Shown here one piece after another: positions 6,019 to 15,219 of a stretch of 38,346 bases of DNA (positions within the stretch are counted from its first letter, which is position 1; each line of letters begins with the position of its first letter). The DNA is from a virus, in the IMG/VR virus record IMGVR_UViG_3300043119_000192, positions 1-38,346 of that record; one strand, written 5' to 3'. Under the pieces are notes generated by a model. It made no database searches. It saw only the letters and a list, made by a program, of their open reading frames with translations, and was not told where the DNA came from. The translations under genes and the position numbers were made by a program.

Positions 6019-8720
6019 TGTGTGGGCGCTCCGAATGTCATGGGTTCAGGGCCTGCAACCTTTTCAGCGGTTACTGCACCTGCCGACGCGGCAAGCGTCT
6101 GGTTTAGTCTGTTAATCAACTCTGCCTGCGCGTTGCCACTTGTCTGACCGATCTTTACCAGAAGATTGCGGACAGGCGCACTTTCGTAGAGACTGCGGGC
6201 AGCGCCAAAACCAGCCGCAAGGCCAACACCAGTCCCAAAGTCAAAGCCTAGAAGCGTGGCAAGCTGACCTACTGTCCCGCCCGCAGCGTACGGCACAAGC
6301 TTGGCTCCGGTGTTTGGTACAAAATTAGCATCTTGCGCACGTCGCGTTGCTGTTAGAAGGGCTGTCAGCCCCTTGACCTTTTTGGCATCCTCGCCGCCGA
6401 AGAACATGCGAAACGCGCTGTCTTTGTCGGTAACGGCCTTAGCAAAAGCTTGCGGATTGATCTCGCCGGTCTGCGCGTTGTATGCCTTTTTAGCAGCATC
6501 CTGCAAAAGCAAAAGGCGCGCATTTTCTCGGCCCTTCTTGCCAAGGTTGGTAAAAAGCAGCCTAGCCTCTTGCGGGTTTTTGCTATTAAGCATTTTGCTA
6601 ACTTGTGCCGGGTCAAAGTCGCCCTTATCAAGTACGCGCTTCAGACCCTGCTGTTCAAGTTCACCGACCATTGTGGCCAGCTTGGTGTTAGCCACCTTCC
6701 ATTTGTTGAAGTCCTTCATGTCGCCATTGGCTTTAATGAAGTCACCCATGTCATCATTGAGCGCGTTATAAACTGCGCCGAATGCCTTTTCAGCCTTGCC
6801 TTTGACATTTGACAAAGCCTCATCACCCTTAAGGCCAAAGATGGTCGCGCGATTATCTTCGATCTTGCGAAGCCCCCCCGGACCCTCAAGGCTGCGCTTT
6901 GTGTCCTCAAGGTCATTAATGAGCTTGCCAAGCTGGCGCGACATGTTCTCGCCTTTTAGCTTAGCCAGAAGGCCATCAATGGCGTCAAGCGCCTTGGGTG
7001 CGGAGACATCGCCAAGCGTATTGTAGCGGTCAATCACCTCGTTTTTAAGGCCCGCATACTTCTCAATGTCAGCCGCCCGCTTTTCGGTCAGGCTTTCAAC
7101 AACATCTTTTGCGATGTTTTGGTCAATGGTGACGCCAGCATCGCCAAGCAGTTTTTCAACCGCCTGCACACGCGCTTCCTGCTGCCCGCGCCGCCTACCA
7201 GCAGTGCCAAAAGGCGCAAGTTCGCCAGCCTGCTCCACCGTCTTACCCATGAAGGTTTGAGGCGGTCTAACGTCTGAAGTCATCACCGGCACATCAAACT
7301 GACGGCCTGCCTCAATGACGGTTTCAGGCGTTGCCTGCGGGCCACCAAACCTTGGCGCAGGAGTGGGCGCTTCACCGCCCAGAAATGAACCGGGACCGCC
7401 CGGCAAAAAGCGATTAGCAAGCATCCCACCCGCCAATGCACCACCAGCGCCAATCGCCGCGCCGGTCATCTTCTGGCCTTCAGGAGCCTCGCCCGCACCG
7501 AATGCACCGCCGTAAAGAGTTTCCCCTACCAATGGAGCAGCGCCCGCCAGACGAGAACCTGCGAGCATAGCGCTAGCCCCACGAATGGCGGGGATTGATG
7601 CCATCGCGCCGCCCGTCATTTCGCCAACAAAGGATGACACCGGAGCATTTTCCCGAAGGTATGCCTTAGCTGCCTCTATCCTTTGTGGGTCCAGCCCGAG
7701 GATCGGGGCAAGTTCATCTAGGTTGCCAGCCGTCAGCGCATTGGCCGCACCAAGACCATAGCCCGAAACAGTCTCCTGAAGGGCCGATGGAGCCTCATTG
7801 AACCCCGAAGGCTCTACAATAGCCTTGATGCCCTTAGTGCCTTTGTCACGCGCTTGAATAGCCTGCTCAAGGCCTTGAAATGCGGGCCGGTTATATCGCG
7901 CGGCGAGGGCATTTATTTCTTCTAGGCTCGCACCCCTATCAAAAGCCGCTTGAGCTTCAGCCTGTAGCGCCAAATCCTGCTCAGTCATAAACGCGCCAGC
8001 GCCTACAGACTTTGGCGTTGCTCCGGTTTCAGCCCCGCCTTGAGCAATCGGCATTCCGTTTTCATCAACAAAGCCAAGTGCGCGCAAGTTCTCATCTGCG
8101 CGTCGTGCGCCTTGCTCGCCAGCAAGAGCTTTGAACCCAAGGATTGTAAGTTCACGTTGTTGGCGTTTTGTGTCAATTTCCTTCTGCCCGGCACCGGGTT
8201 GCGGGAAAAAGATACGCGCCTGCTTTTCAAACTCCGAAGGGCCAATAGCCGCACCCGACTCTAGACGTAGCGATGCGGCGATGAAGTTCTCCATCGCATC
8301 AAGCTGCGTACGGCGCTCATCACTTAGGGCCGCGCGGGAGAACGTAGGGGAAATGCGCTGCGCAATAAGTGTTGAAAACCCCTGAGGATCAAGGCCCAAA
8401 CGATTAAGTTGCGTATCTGCCGAACGCATACGCTGATAGAAGTTGACCGCCTTACTTTCGCCTTCGCTCAATTCTTTGGTTGTGATCGGCTCAATCTTGC
8501 CAGCGCCATTAATCTGATAGCGCTGGCCTTCCTGCAAGCCGGCTGCCTTAATCTCATCTGGCGTCATTACGCGCCAGCGCTCAGGCTCGCGCACTGGCGA
8601 GGGAAGGTCAGGCTTTTCAGGCGCGGGCGGAACATAGATAGCGCCGCCAGACGTAGGCGCGGTCTGCGCCGGGTCTGCTACCACCGGGCTATCTGCCCAC
8701 CAATCTTTAGTCTGTGCCAT
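6015..8720 (-). CDS. Large internal virion / DNA-ejection protein (901 aa)
   Basis: Its position is between the ejection-protein genes and the tailspike. It is long, Ala/Gly/Gln-rich and helical in character, with a Gly-rich hydrophobic central stretch. No enzymatic motif was recognised. Confidence 0.55.
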   Translation of the reverse strand: MAQTKDWWADSPVVADPAQTAPTSGGAIYVPPAPEKPDLPSPVREPERWRVMTPDEIKAAGLQEGQRYQINGAGKIEPITTKELSEGESKAVNFYQRMRSADTQLNRLGLDPQGFSTLIAQRISPTFSRAALSDERRTQLDAMENFIAASLRLESGAAIGPSEFEKQARIFFPQPGAGQKEIDTKRQQRELTILGFKALAGEQGARRADENLRALGFVDENGMPIAQGGAETGATPKSVGAGAFMTEQDLALQAEAQAAFDRGASLEEINALAARYNRPAFQGLEQAIQARDKGTKGIKAIVEPSGFNEAPSALQETVSGYGLGAANALTAGNLDELAPILGLDPQRIEAAKAYLRENAPVSSFVGEMTGGAMASIPAIRGASAMLAGSRLAGAAPLVGETLYGGAFGAGEAPEGQKMTGAAIGAGGALAGGMLANRFLPGGPGSFLGGEAPTPAPRFGGPQATPETVIEAGRQFDVPVMTSDVRPPQTFMGKTVEQAGELAPFGTAGRRRGQQEARVQAVEKLLGDAGVTIDQNIAKDVVESLTEKRAADIEKYAGLKNEVIDRYNTLGDVSAPKALDAIDGLLAKLKGENMSRQLGKLINDLEDTKRSLEGPGGLRKIEDNRATIFGLKGDEALSNVKGKAEKAFGAVYNALNDDMGDFIKANGDMKDFNKWKVANTKLATMVGELEQQGLKRVLDKGDFDPAQVSKMLNSKNPQEARLLFTNLGKKGRENARLLLLQDAAKKAYNAQTGEINPQAFAKAVTDKDSAFRMFFGGEDAKKVKGLTALLTATRRAQDANFVPNTGAKLVPYAAGGTVGQLATLLGFDFGTGVGLAAGFGAARSLYESAPVRNLLVKIGQTSGNAQAELINRLNQTLAASAGAVTAEKVAGPEPMTFGAPTQ

Positions 8721-9007
8721 TAGCCCTTAGGCTCCATGTGAATATGATCGCCCTCGTTAATCACATCGAGGCCGGGGTTAAGGCGGCGAAGTTGCGCGGC
8801 GTATGCTGCCATGCTCACACCCGGCGGGGGTACGCTGTCACGCGCGCGGCCAGACAAGTGATAGCTATTCGCCACCCCGCCTACTGCCTTGTTTCGTTCC
8901 GGACTGCGCATTGTCGAAGTCACCTTTTCACCGGGCACACCCTTAGGGGCGAAACCCGCTGGTAGCGTTGCCGCTACCACCTCCCGGCTTTGTGCGGATA
9001 ACACCAT
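8720..9007 (-). CDS. Peptidase M15 (VanY/zinc D-Ala-D-Ala carboxypeptidase-like) domain; either free-standing or a +1-frameshift extension of 8943-9809
   Basis: KVTSTMRSPERNKAVGGVANSYHLSGRARD...EGDHIHME matches the SxHxxGxAxD ... H zinc-ligand pattern of M15. The only in-frame ATG (9007) lacks an SD and lies 65 nt inside the upstream gene. Confidence 0.75.
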   Translation of the reverse strand: MVLSAQSREVVAATLPAGFAPKGVPGEKVTSTMRSPERNKAVGGVANSYHLSGRARDSVPPPGVSMAAYAAQLRRLNPGLDVINEGDHIHMEPKG

Positions 9008-9809
9008 TGGGATCGTAGAACGTTGTTCCCGGCGGCAATGCGTCAAACTCAGCCTTACTCTTTGGCTTGGCAGGGCCACCGCGCTGCGCATTTGCAGGAG
9101 GCTCACCACCAAAGCGACGGCGGAACTCTTCGGCAGGGCCACTAAAGAAACCAATGCGCGGATCGGTGATAGTCACCTTGGTGCGCTCATCCTTCAAGGC
9201 TTGCTTGAACTCCGGCGTTCCAACCGCTTCCGGCCCCATTTCAGCGACAAGGTTCTTAATCAGAGCCGTGTCAAGCTTCATGTCTTGGTTGGCATAAACG
9301 GTTTCGTAAGCCTTCGGATCAAGCTGCTGGATCGTAAGCGCAAGGCCAGCCTTTAAAGCTTCGGGATTGCTATCAAACTGCGCCAAGCCTTCCTCTAGCA
9401 GCTTAACGGTCTGTTCCTGTCCCGGCGTGTTTCTGGTTGCTGTAAGGCGCTCGTTTACCAACTGCTTGGCGTAATCCTTATCGCCGCGATTGAGCGCGCT
9501 AAGGGTCTTGCCGTAAAAGGCAACCTCTTGAGCCTTGCGCTGCTCATTCATAGGCTCATACGCCTGCTTAATTACTTCCGCCATTTGCGGGAACTTAAGC
9601 AAGCCTTGCGCCACGTTCTGCGGAGAAGGGTCTTTCAAAAGAAGCTGCGACCATTGCTGGAACTGCATCTTTTGCTGCTCTTGCGCAACCTGCTGCTGCA
9701 TAGCCTGATCTTCGGCCACGCGAGCGGCGCGGGCCTTTTGGAACGAGTCCATGAACGCCTGCCCCGGATCGGGCATAGCTTGCAGGAAGGGGAGGGGATT
9801 GATTGCCAT
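8943..9809 (-). CDS. Internal virion / ejection protein (288 aa)
   Basis: Gln-rich helical protein ending in a Gly/Ser linker (PGGGSGNATSGFRP). TAATG coupling to the upstream gene. Confidence 0.6.
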   Translation of the reverse strand: MAINPLPFLQAMPDPGQAFMDSFQKARAARVAEDQAMQQQVAQEQQKMQFQQWSQLLLKDPSPQNVAQGLLKFPQMAEVIKQAYEPMNEQRKAQEVAFYGKTLSALNRGDKDYAKQLVNERLTATRNTPGQEQTVKLLEEGLAQFDSNPEALKAGLALTIQQLDPKAYETVYANQDMKLDTALIKNLVAEMGPEAVGTPEFKQALKDERTKVTITDPRIGFFSGPAEEFRRRFGGEPPANAQRGGPAKPKSKAEFDALPPGTTFYDPNGVIRTKPGGGSGNATSGFRP

Positions 9810-10756
9810 TAGAACGTAACCTGCCTGCCGGAAGCGTCAAAAGTTCCACTGCCATAGCCGGTTATAAGACCGGGCATCGGAGGCAATTGAGCAATGGGAA
9901 TGCCGCTAAGGCTACCGAGCGCGCTATTGGAATTGATGCCAGAGCCGTTAAAGCTTGATTGGCCACCCAAAGCCCCGCCAAGGATGTTGCCAAGGCTCGC
10001 CACGCCCTGCCCAAGAGCCATGCCCGAACCTAGCGCGCCATAGCCCCTAGCCTGCCCGGTATCCCGCATCAGCGCGCCAATGGACTGCCCGGTCTGAATA
10101 TCTGCATTACCGACGCCTGCCGCTGCATTCTGCCCCAGCCCTGCGATGCCGCCAAGCGTGGAAAGCTGCTGCTGAATTTGCTGGTTAAGCAATGCGGGAC
10201 GGAACTGGCCTAGTGCCCCCTGCACGTTTCCGCCCCGCAGCCCCCCGGTTGCGCTCGCGTTTTGCAGGATACCCTCTTCACCCTGCCGTGCGAGAGCCTG
10301 AAACATCGGGCTTTGCTCAAGTTGGCTGATAGCCTGCTGCTGTGCATCCATGCCGCCGGTCTGGAACTGCGAGAGATCGGCGCGAGGATCGTTCCGCTGC
10401 TGCCACTGCTGCGCGAACGTCGCCAAGTCCTGCGCTGGCATCCCGAACATGCCCGGTCGGGACTGCTGCTGCTGAAACGCCTGCATCAATGCCGGGTTGG
10501 ATTGCGCGTAGGCCTGCCAGTTGGTCTGCTGCGGTGCCGCCCCTGCCAGCGTGAGAAGCTGCTGGAATGCCCCCGTACCGCCTTGTGCGTAAGGAGCGAG
10601 AAGCTGCTGCACCCGGTCAAACTGGCGGCGCTGTTCCGCAATGGCCTGCGCGTTAGCCTCTGCCTGCGCATTCGCTGCCGACTTCGCACCACCGGAAGCC
10701 AGAAGCCCCCCGCCGATTGAAGCCGCCGCGCCGATAAGGGCTGAAGCTACTGCCAT
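9809..10756 (-). CDS. Gly/Ala/Gln-rich internal virion / ejection protein (315 aa)
   Basis: Hydrophobic Gly-rich N-terminus with low-complexity Q/A/G composition. It sits in the ejection-protein position and its start overlaps the GNAT stop (TAATG). Confidence 0.55.
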   Translation of the reverse strand: MAVASALIGAAASIGGGLLASGGAKSAANAQAEANAQAIAEQRRQFDRVQQLLAPYAQGGTGAFQQLLTLAGAAPQQTNWQAYAQSNPALMQAFQQQQSRPGMFGMPAQDLATFAQQWQQRNDPRADLSQFQTGGMDAQQQAISQLEQSPMFQALARQGEEGILQNASATGGLRGGNVQGALGQFRPALLNQQIQQQLSTLGGIAGLGQNAAAGVGNADIQTGQSIGALMRDTGQARGYGALGSGMALGQGVASLGNILGGALGGQSSFNGSGINSNSALGSLSGIPIAQLPPMPGLITGYGSGTFDASGRQVTF

Positions 10757-11208
10757 TAGTTGAACCTCTTGATGAATGTATGCTCAAAGGGCCGATACCC
10801 GCGCCGCTCGTAAAGCTTCGCCATGCGCTGCCCTTCCAGCCGGTCGATGCACTTCATCTGCCATGTTGAGCAACCTTGCGCCTTGGCCGCGTCCTCGATA
10901 GCGTTAAGCAAGCGAATGCCCGTCATTGCAGGCGCGCCATCCGCAACCCACCAGAACAATTCCTCACCAGACTTGTGCGCGCGGTTGAAGTAGACCGGCG
11001 AAACCATGCCGCCCACCATGCCGACGATACCGTCAGCTTCCGCGACAAAGCACAGGAAAATGTCAAGCGACAGAAGCCACTCAAGCGAGGCGATGCAGTC
11101 CGCTTCCACGTACTCAAATAGATCATCCTGCCGCGCGCTAACGTCAAAGTCCCGACCCATGGCTGCCATGGCGGGAATGTCGTCAATCGTTGCGGGTCTA
11201 ATCTGCAT
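10756..11208 (-). CDS. GNAT-family N-acetyltransferase
   Basis: 150 aa with a typical GNAT layout (IRPATIDDIPAM..., a central beta-strand/helix core, and a C-terminal KLYERRGYRP acetyl-CoA-pocket-type motif). Confidence 0.75.
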   Translation of the reverse strand: MQIRPATIDDIPAMAAMGRDFDVSARQDDLFEYVEADCIASLEWLLSLDIFLCFVAEADGIVGMVGGMVSPVYFNRAHKSGEELFWWVADGAPAMTGIRLLNAIEDAAKAQGCSTWQMKCIDRLEGQRMAKLYERRGYRPFEHTFIKRFN

Positions 11209-11260
11209 CCGGCACCTTTATCAGGTGGCCTACTGGCTGGCCGGAACACTCAGTAACGGC

Positions 11261-11289
11261 ACCATACCACGCCACGCGGCCCTAGTCAA
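11261..11289 (-). promoter_or_regulatory. Sigma70-like promoter candidate directly upstream of the GNAT gene
   Basis: Minus strand: TTGACT (11289-11284), 17-nt spacer, TATGGT (11266-11261). Confidence 0.4.
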
Positions 11290-11295
11290 AAGCCT

Positions 11296-11631
11296 TTAGC
11301 TAATCGTCCGCCCCGACGCGCGGATGTTGATAGCCGTAGCCGTTCCCGCAATCGTGGAGATAAACCCGCCCGAAAGCAGCGTCTGCCCGACAATCTCGGG
11401 GAACGAATACGTCTCCGAAGGCTGCAAGGTTTTACCCTTGACAATCAGGTTCTGGTTGCCCGCCGTATCGCCAGACGTAACAAGGTTGACGCTAATCGTC
11501 GCATTCGATGCCGAGTAGTTGGTAGCGGTAATCTTGTCGATAATCGTGGTCACGCTGGTTGAAGTGTATTGCGTGGTTTGCGAGTTCTCCGCAATCTTGG
11601 CGGGGATAAGAACAGTGTTGATAGCTGCCAT
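11296..11631 (-). CDS. Hypothetical beta-rich virion protein (111 aa)
   Basis: Ser/Thr/Asn-rich sequence in the fibre-gene neighbourhood. ATG start at 11631. Confidence 0.5.
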   Translation of the reverse strand: MAAINTVLIPAKIAENSQTTQYTSTSVTTIIDKITATNYSASNATISVNLVTSGDTAGNQNLIVKGKTLQPSETYSFPEIVGQTLLSGGFISTIAGTATAINIRASGRTIS

Positions 11632-11634
11632 GGG

Positions 11635-11787
11635 TCAATCCTCGATTGGTTGTGGGGCAATATCGGAAGCATCCGGACCGTCCTGCAATTCAGGCGGCGC
11701 AAGTACCAGATCGGCGCGGGTCAATGCGGGATCGGGCGCGGAATCGAACCAGTAGCGACGCCCCTCGCTGTCAACATAGACCGGCAT
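11635..11787 (-). CDS. Small hypothetical protein (50 aa, below the ORF-track cutoff)
   Basis: MPVYVDSEGRRYWFDSAPDP... Its ATG overlaps the upstream TAA (TAATG) and its stop is 3 nt before the next ATG. It fills an otherwise empty 150-nt gap. Confidence 0.5.
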   Translation of the reverse strand: MPVYVDSEGRRYWFDSAPDPALTRADLVLAPPELQDGPDASDIAPQPIED

Positions 11788-12386
11788 TAGGACCAACTCC
11801 CTACTGTTGCGGTGGCAGTCGGAGCCACGCGGCGAATGATAAAGTAGCTGCCTGCCTTTACAACTGCGGTTGATACGGGCGTCGTAAGAATGATTGAAGG
11901 GATAAGCGTTCCCCCTCCACTAGTATCAAATGCGCCATTTATGCGAGACGCGAGGGCCGTGCCCGTCGCCGCAATATGAAGTGGCGTGATGGTTCCAAAT
12001 GTTCCTTGCGTGTTCACGCCGTTCTGGGCAAGGGCGTTGCCCGGTGTATTGTTGTCAACACCTACAGATTGATAAAGCGACCGCGCCGCAGCACCGATGC
12101 CAGCGGTTCCCGCACCCACTGGGCTAAATGAAACGTTGCCGCTGGTGCCCGACATTCCTGTAATAAACATCATCAGTTCAAAGATATAAGTGCCAGACGC
12201 AAGCGACACCGCCCCCGTTGCGGACCCGTTAAAAATGCGCTGCAATGCCCCTGTGTTGGCTAGCGTGTAATCAGCCTGCGTCATAGTGTAAGCGTAATCC
12301 ACGCCCAGCGCAGTGCGGGCTGCATCCGCAGTCGTCGAGCCTGTGCCGCCTTGCAAAATTGAAACAGGGCTAGGAATGTAGCTCAT
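11787..12386 (-). CDS. Tail fibre protein (199 aa)
   Basis: The N-terminal ILQGGTGSTTADAARTALGV motif is common in phage fibre proteins. ATGA overlap with the upstream gene. Confidence 0.65.
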   Translation of the reverse strand: MSYIPSPVSILQGGTGSTTADAARTALGVDYAYTMTQADYTLANTGALQRIFNGSATGAVSLASGTYIFELMMFITGMSGTSGNVSFSPVGAGTAGIGAAARSLYQSVGVDNNTPGNALAQNGVNTQGTFGTITPLHIAATGTALASRINGAFDTSGGGTLIPSIILTTPVSTAVVKAGSYFIIRRVAPTATATVGSWS

Positions 12387-13147
12387 ACGATTACCCAGTT
12401 CGCATTGTCTGAAACGATAGTGATGGCCGTATATTGCACCGCCGTTGAAGCCGTAGCCGCGCCGTCAATCGTCTCAGCCCCCGCGCCGTCCAGCGTCATG
12501 GTTCCGGCCACCATCAGTTTAAACGTAAATCGCGCCGCGTTGCCTACCGCAGTGGGTAACGTAACCGTTACCGCCGCGCCGGTCACGAGAACCACTTGGT
12601 CGCCGCTGGTGGCTGTCTCTGCATAGCTGACCGATTGGCTTGTGACCGTATAGCTATACGATCCGCCACCGCTAGGCGTGGCCCACGTACCATCACCGCG
12701 CCAAAAGGTTGTTCCGCTTGCGCCCGTGCCGCTGTTCAATCTCGCAACCGGCAGATTGCCGATCAAGTCCGCAGCGTCACCCGTTAGACCGACCTTAGCC
12801 ACCGCTGGCACGGCAGGGGATGCCTCAAGCGCGCTTAGGCGGTCAAACACCCCCCCCAGGTCAACCGGCCCCGGCTGAGTTTCCAACGCCCCTAGGCGGC
12901 TTTCCAGCCCCGACAAATCAGCATCGGGCGGCATTCTATCCAAGGCATCAGCCAATGCCTGAATTGCCGCCGCATTCGCATTAACGCCTGCAAGCGCATT
13001 GCCGCCCGTAACGTCAAGCCCGTCGATCATGCCGGAATTAAGGTATTCCTGCACAAGCAAAATCAGCCGCTCAAACTGCTTGATTTGCTCATGATCGCCA
13101 AGGAAGGCGGCAAGCTGATTGCGTGTGAGGGTTAGCTTGCCCGCCAT
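12383..13147 (-). CDS. Tail needle/fibre protein (gp26 position)
   Basis: It follows the gp10-like gene as P22 gp26 does. There is a central coiled-coil-like repeat region (LSGLESRLGALE, FDRLSALE). The fibre motif ARLNSGTGASGTTFWRGDGTWATP is present. ATG at 13147 overlaps the upstream TAA. Confidence 0.65.
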   Translation of the reverse strand: MAGKLTLTRNQLAAFLGDHEQIKQFERLILLVQEYLNSGMIDGLDVTGGNALAGVNANAAAIQALADALDRMPPDADLSGLESRLGALETQPGPVDLGGVFDRLSALEASPAVPAVAKVGLTGDAADLIGNLPVARLNSGTGASGTTFWRGDGTWATPSGGGSYSYTVTSQSVSYAETATSGDQVVLVTGAAVTVTLPTAVGNAARFTFKLMVAGTMTLDGAGAETIDGAATASTAVQYTAITIVSDNANWVIV

Positions 13148-14556
13148 TACCAAGCCAACGGCTCTAGCGTTGCCTCTAGGCGCATGAACGAAGCGTGCGC
13201 GTCACTGGTGCCCTGAAAACGCTGGATGCGCCTATCGGCCATCCTGCCCTGCTTGCTCCACAGAAGGCGCTTTGTCGTGTTGCCAATGGTGCCCAGCGAG
13301 ATAGTCCGGTCAATGGACCATGACAGCCCGTCGATGCTATAGCTTGTCGAGATAGCCGGATCGTCACCCAATGCAACCGAACCTGTCAGCGCCATCAGTT
13401 CCAGCGCATTGAACAAAGCTCCCGAACCGCCGTTGTAGACGATAAGCGTGCCGAACTCCCAACGCACCGTTTGCCCGTAGTGGCTGGAAATATCGCGGCG
13501 CAGATACCCAAGGCGATTGGCCTGCGGATCGGCACACCGCCATGCATTGTAGGCAAAGCAAAAGTGCCGCGCGCGGTATTGCGCAAAGCCTTCGAGAGAG
13601 CTTGTCAGCACCGTCCAGACGGGAGCCTGCAAGTCCCGCGATGCACCGCCGTCATAGACAAGCGTGCGGTCTGGCAAGTGCATGTAGAGGAACTGGTGCG
13701 AGCCTTCGTTACGCGCCTCTAGGATGGCTTCGGACAACTCGGCTTCGGTGTAGGCTTCAAGCAGCGTGTCAATCTCATGCGTGCTGATCTTGACCGCGTT
13801 GGCATTGCCAGCCACGTACACCGCAGGCTGCTCGTTGAAGCCACTGCCGATGAAGGCCACCGCCTCCATGTATATGCAGCAAGCGTCCTTGCCGATGCAA
13901 CCCTTTTCCACTTGCGCGCCTTCAATGCGCTGGAACGGAAACAAGCTGCCGCCGATGTTATCGAACATTTCGATGGTGTGCCGGTTAAGCGCCACCACCT
14001 CATTGCGCAGCTTCAAGATGGCAATGATCGGATCGGGGTCCGCTTCCGATGAACCATACTTGAGCGGATTAACCGCCAGCGGGTCGTTAAGCTCCGTCAC
14101 CACTAGGAACGTGCCGTCCGTGGTCATGTAATACCCGTCAACCCATAGTACATCGTTCACCGTGCCAAGGTCGGGGTCTACGTTCTGCCGCAGCCCGTCC
14201 GTAGGATTGTAAAGGTACAGCCTGCCATCCGACGCAATGGCTAGATCATCAAAGCCATAGTCCAAGATAACCGGCAGGCCGTCGCTGCCAACGTCGCCAA
14301 TCACCGTCTCATTGCCGTTCGCATCCACCCGGCAAAAGCTAGAGCCATTGACCGCGTACAGAATGCCCTTCCATACGATCTGGCCACGGCACACACCAGA
14401 CGTATTACCCCATGCGCTAAGGCCATCAGCAGGCCGCAAGAAGCCGGTTGAAACCCCGTTATCCTTAGGCACGGCAAAAAAATTCACCGGATACGATGTA
14501 CGCAAGGCCGGTGAAGTGTCCGAGTGGATGCCCGAGAGGATCGGGATTTGAACCAT
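13147..14556 (-). CDS. P22 gp10-like head-completion / packaged-DNA stabilisation protein
   Basis: Its length (469 aa) and several blocks resemble my recollection of P22 gp10 (YPVN..PK, HTIEMF, LYMHLPDRTLVYD, KRLLWSKQGR). Gene order supports the call. Confidence 0.75.
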   Translation of the reverse strand: MVQIPILSGIHSDTSPALRTSYPVNFFAVPKDNGVSTGFLRPADGLSAWGNTSGVCRGQIVWKGILYAVNGSSFCRVDANGNETVIGDVGSDGLPVILDYGFDDLAIASDGRLYLYNPTDGLRQNVDPDLGTVNDVLWVDGYYMTTDGTFLVVTELNDPLAVNPLKYGSSEADPDPIIAILKLRNEVVALNRHTIEMFDNIGGSLFPFQRIEGAQVEKGCIGKDACCIYMEAVAFIGSGFNEQPAVYVAGNANAVKISTHEIDTLLEAYTEAELSEAILEARNEGSHQFLYMHLPDRTLVYDGGASRDLQAPVWTVLTSSLEGFAQYRARHFCFAYNAWRCADPQANRLGYLRRDISSHYGQTVRWEFGTLIVYNGGSGALFNALELMALTGSVALGDDPAISTSYSIDGLSWSIDRTISLGTIGNTTKRLLWSKQGRMADRRIQRFQGTSDAHASFMRLEATLEPLAW

Positions 14557-14885
14557 TACAGCCAAGTACCCGGCGTAATGATGATGTTGCCATCCGCTGC
14601 CGTGGCAATCGTGCGCAGAACCGCATTGCCGGGGCCAACGTACACAATCACCTGCTGGTTGGGCAGAACCGGAACGCCGTCCGAAGTCGTGGGCGCGGTT
14701 CCGGTTGGCACTGTATCGCCTTCGCTGAAATACTGCGTCAAAGCAACGTGTGTGCGAGCCGTGGCGCTGGTATTGGTGAGCATCACCGCGTTGCAGTTCT
14801 TGGGAAGCGCAACAGCCGCCGTTGCCGATGTAGCGTTAGATACGCTCGTGGTCGAACCCCATGCCGGGGAGAATTTTTCACTCAT
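14556..14885 (-). CDS. Hypothetical virion protein (109 aa)
   Basis: Ser/Thr/Ala-rich and TAATG-coupled on both sides in the head-to-tail module. Confidence 0.5.
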   Translation of the reverse strand: MSEKFSPAWGSTTSVSNATSATAAVALPKNCNAVMLTNTSATARTHVALTQYFSEGDTVPTGTAPTTSDGVPVLPNQQVIVYVGPGNAVLRTIATAADGNIIITPGTWL

Positions 14886-15217
14886 TAACCAATCCTCCAG
14901 TCTGCACCCGTGCTGAAAACAGGCACCGTGTTAGCGCCGCCGCCAGCTACGACAGAATAGAACGTGGTGGCGTTGGCATCCGATACCGTGGCACGCGCTC
15001 CAGCCCCTGCCGTGGCCGCGCTAGGCAGGTTCGCAACCGTCACCGTAGTAACCTTGACGTAAGACGGCACAGACAGCGAGGTGAAGGCAGTCGAAAGGTA
15101 ACTAACCAGCGTCGTAAGCGAAAAGCGCCGGGCGTCACCTTGCGCTTGCGCATAGACCGGGACAGCATCGCCGCCGCTAAGGCTATCGACCGCAGAGAGT
15201 TGATTGATCGTTGTCAT
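14885..15217 (-). CDS. Hypothetical virion protein (110 aa)
   Basis: The N-terminal TINQLSAVDSLSGGDAVPVY motif is typical of phage fibre/spike N-termini. It is coupled to its neighbours. Confidence 0.5.
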   Translation of the reverse strand: MTTINQLSAVDSLSGGDAVPVYAQAQGDARRFSLTTLVSYLSTAFTSLSVPSYVKVTTVTVANLPSAATAGAGARATVSDANATTFYSVVAGGGANTVPVFSTGADWRIG

Positions 15218-15219
15218 GC

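Noticed and set aside
4699-6147. 482-aa plus-strand ORF
   Set aside because: It is antisense to the tailspike gene, which has a clear beta-helix signature. Its Arg/Ala/Val-rich composition is typical of spurious antisense frames in GC-rich DNA. The same reasoning applies to 1996-2742, 16170-16814, 16950-17738, 23390-24022, 24548-25183, 31120-31779 and 31487-31999.
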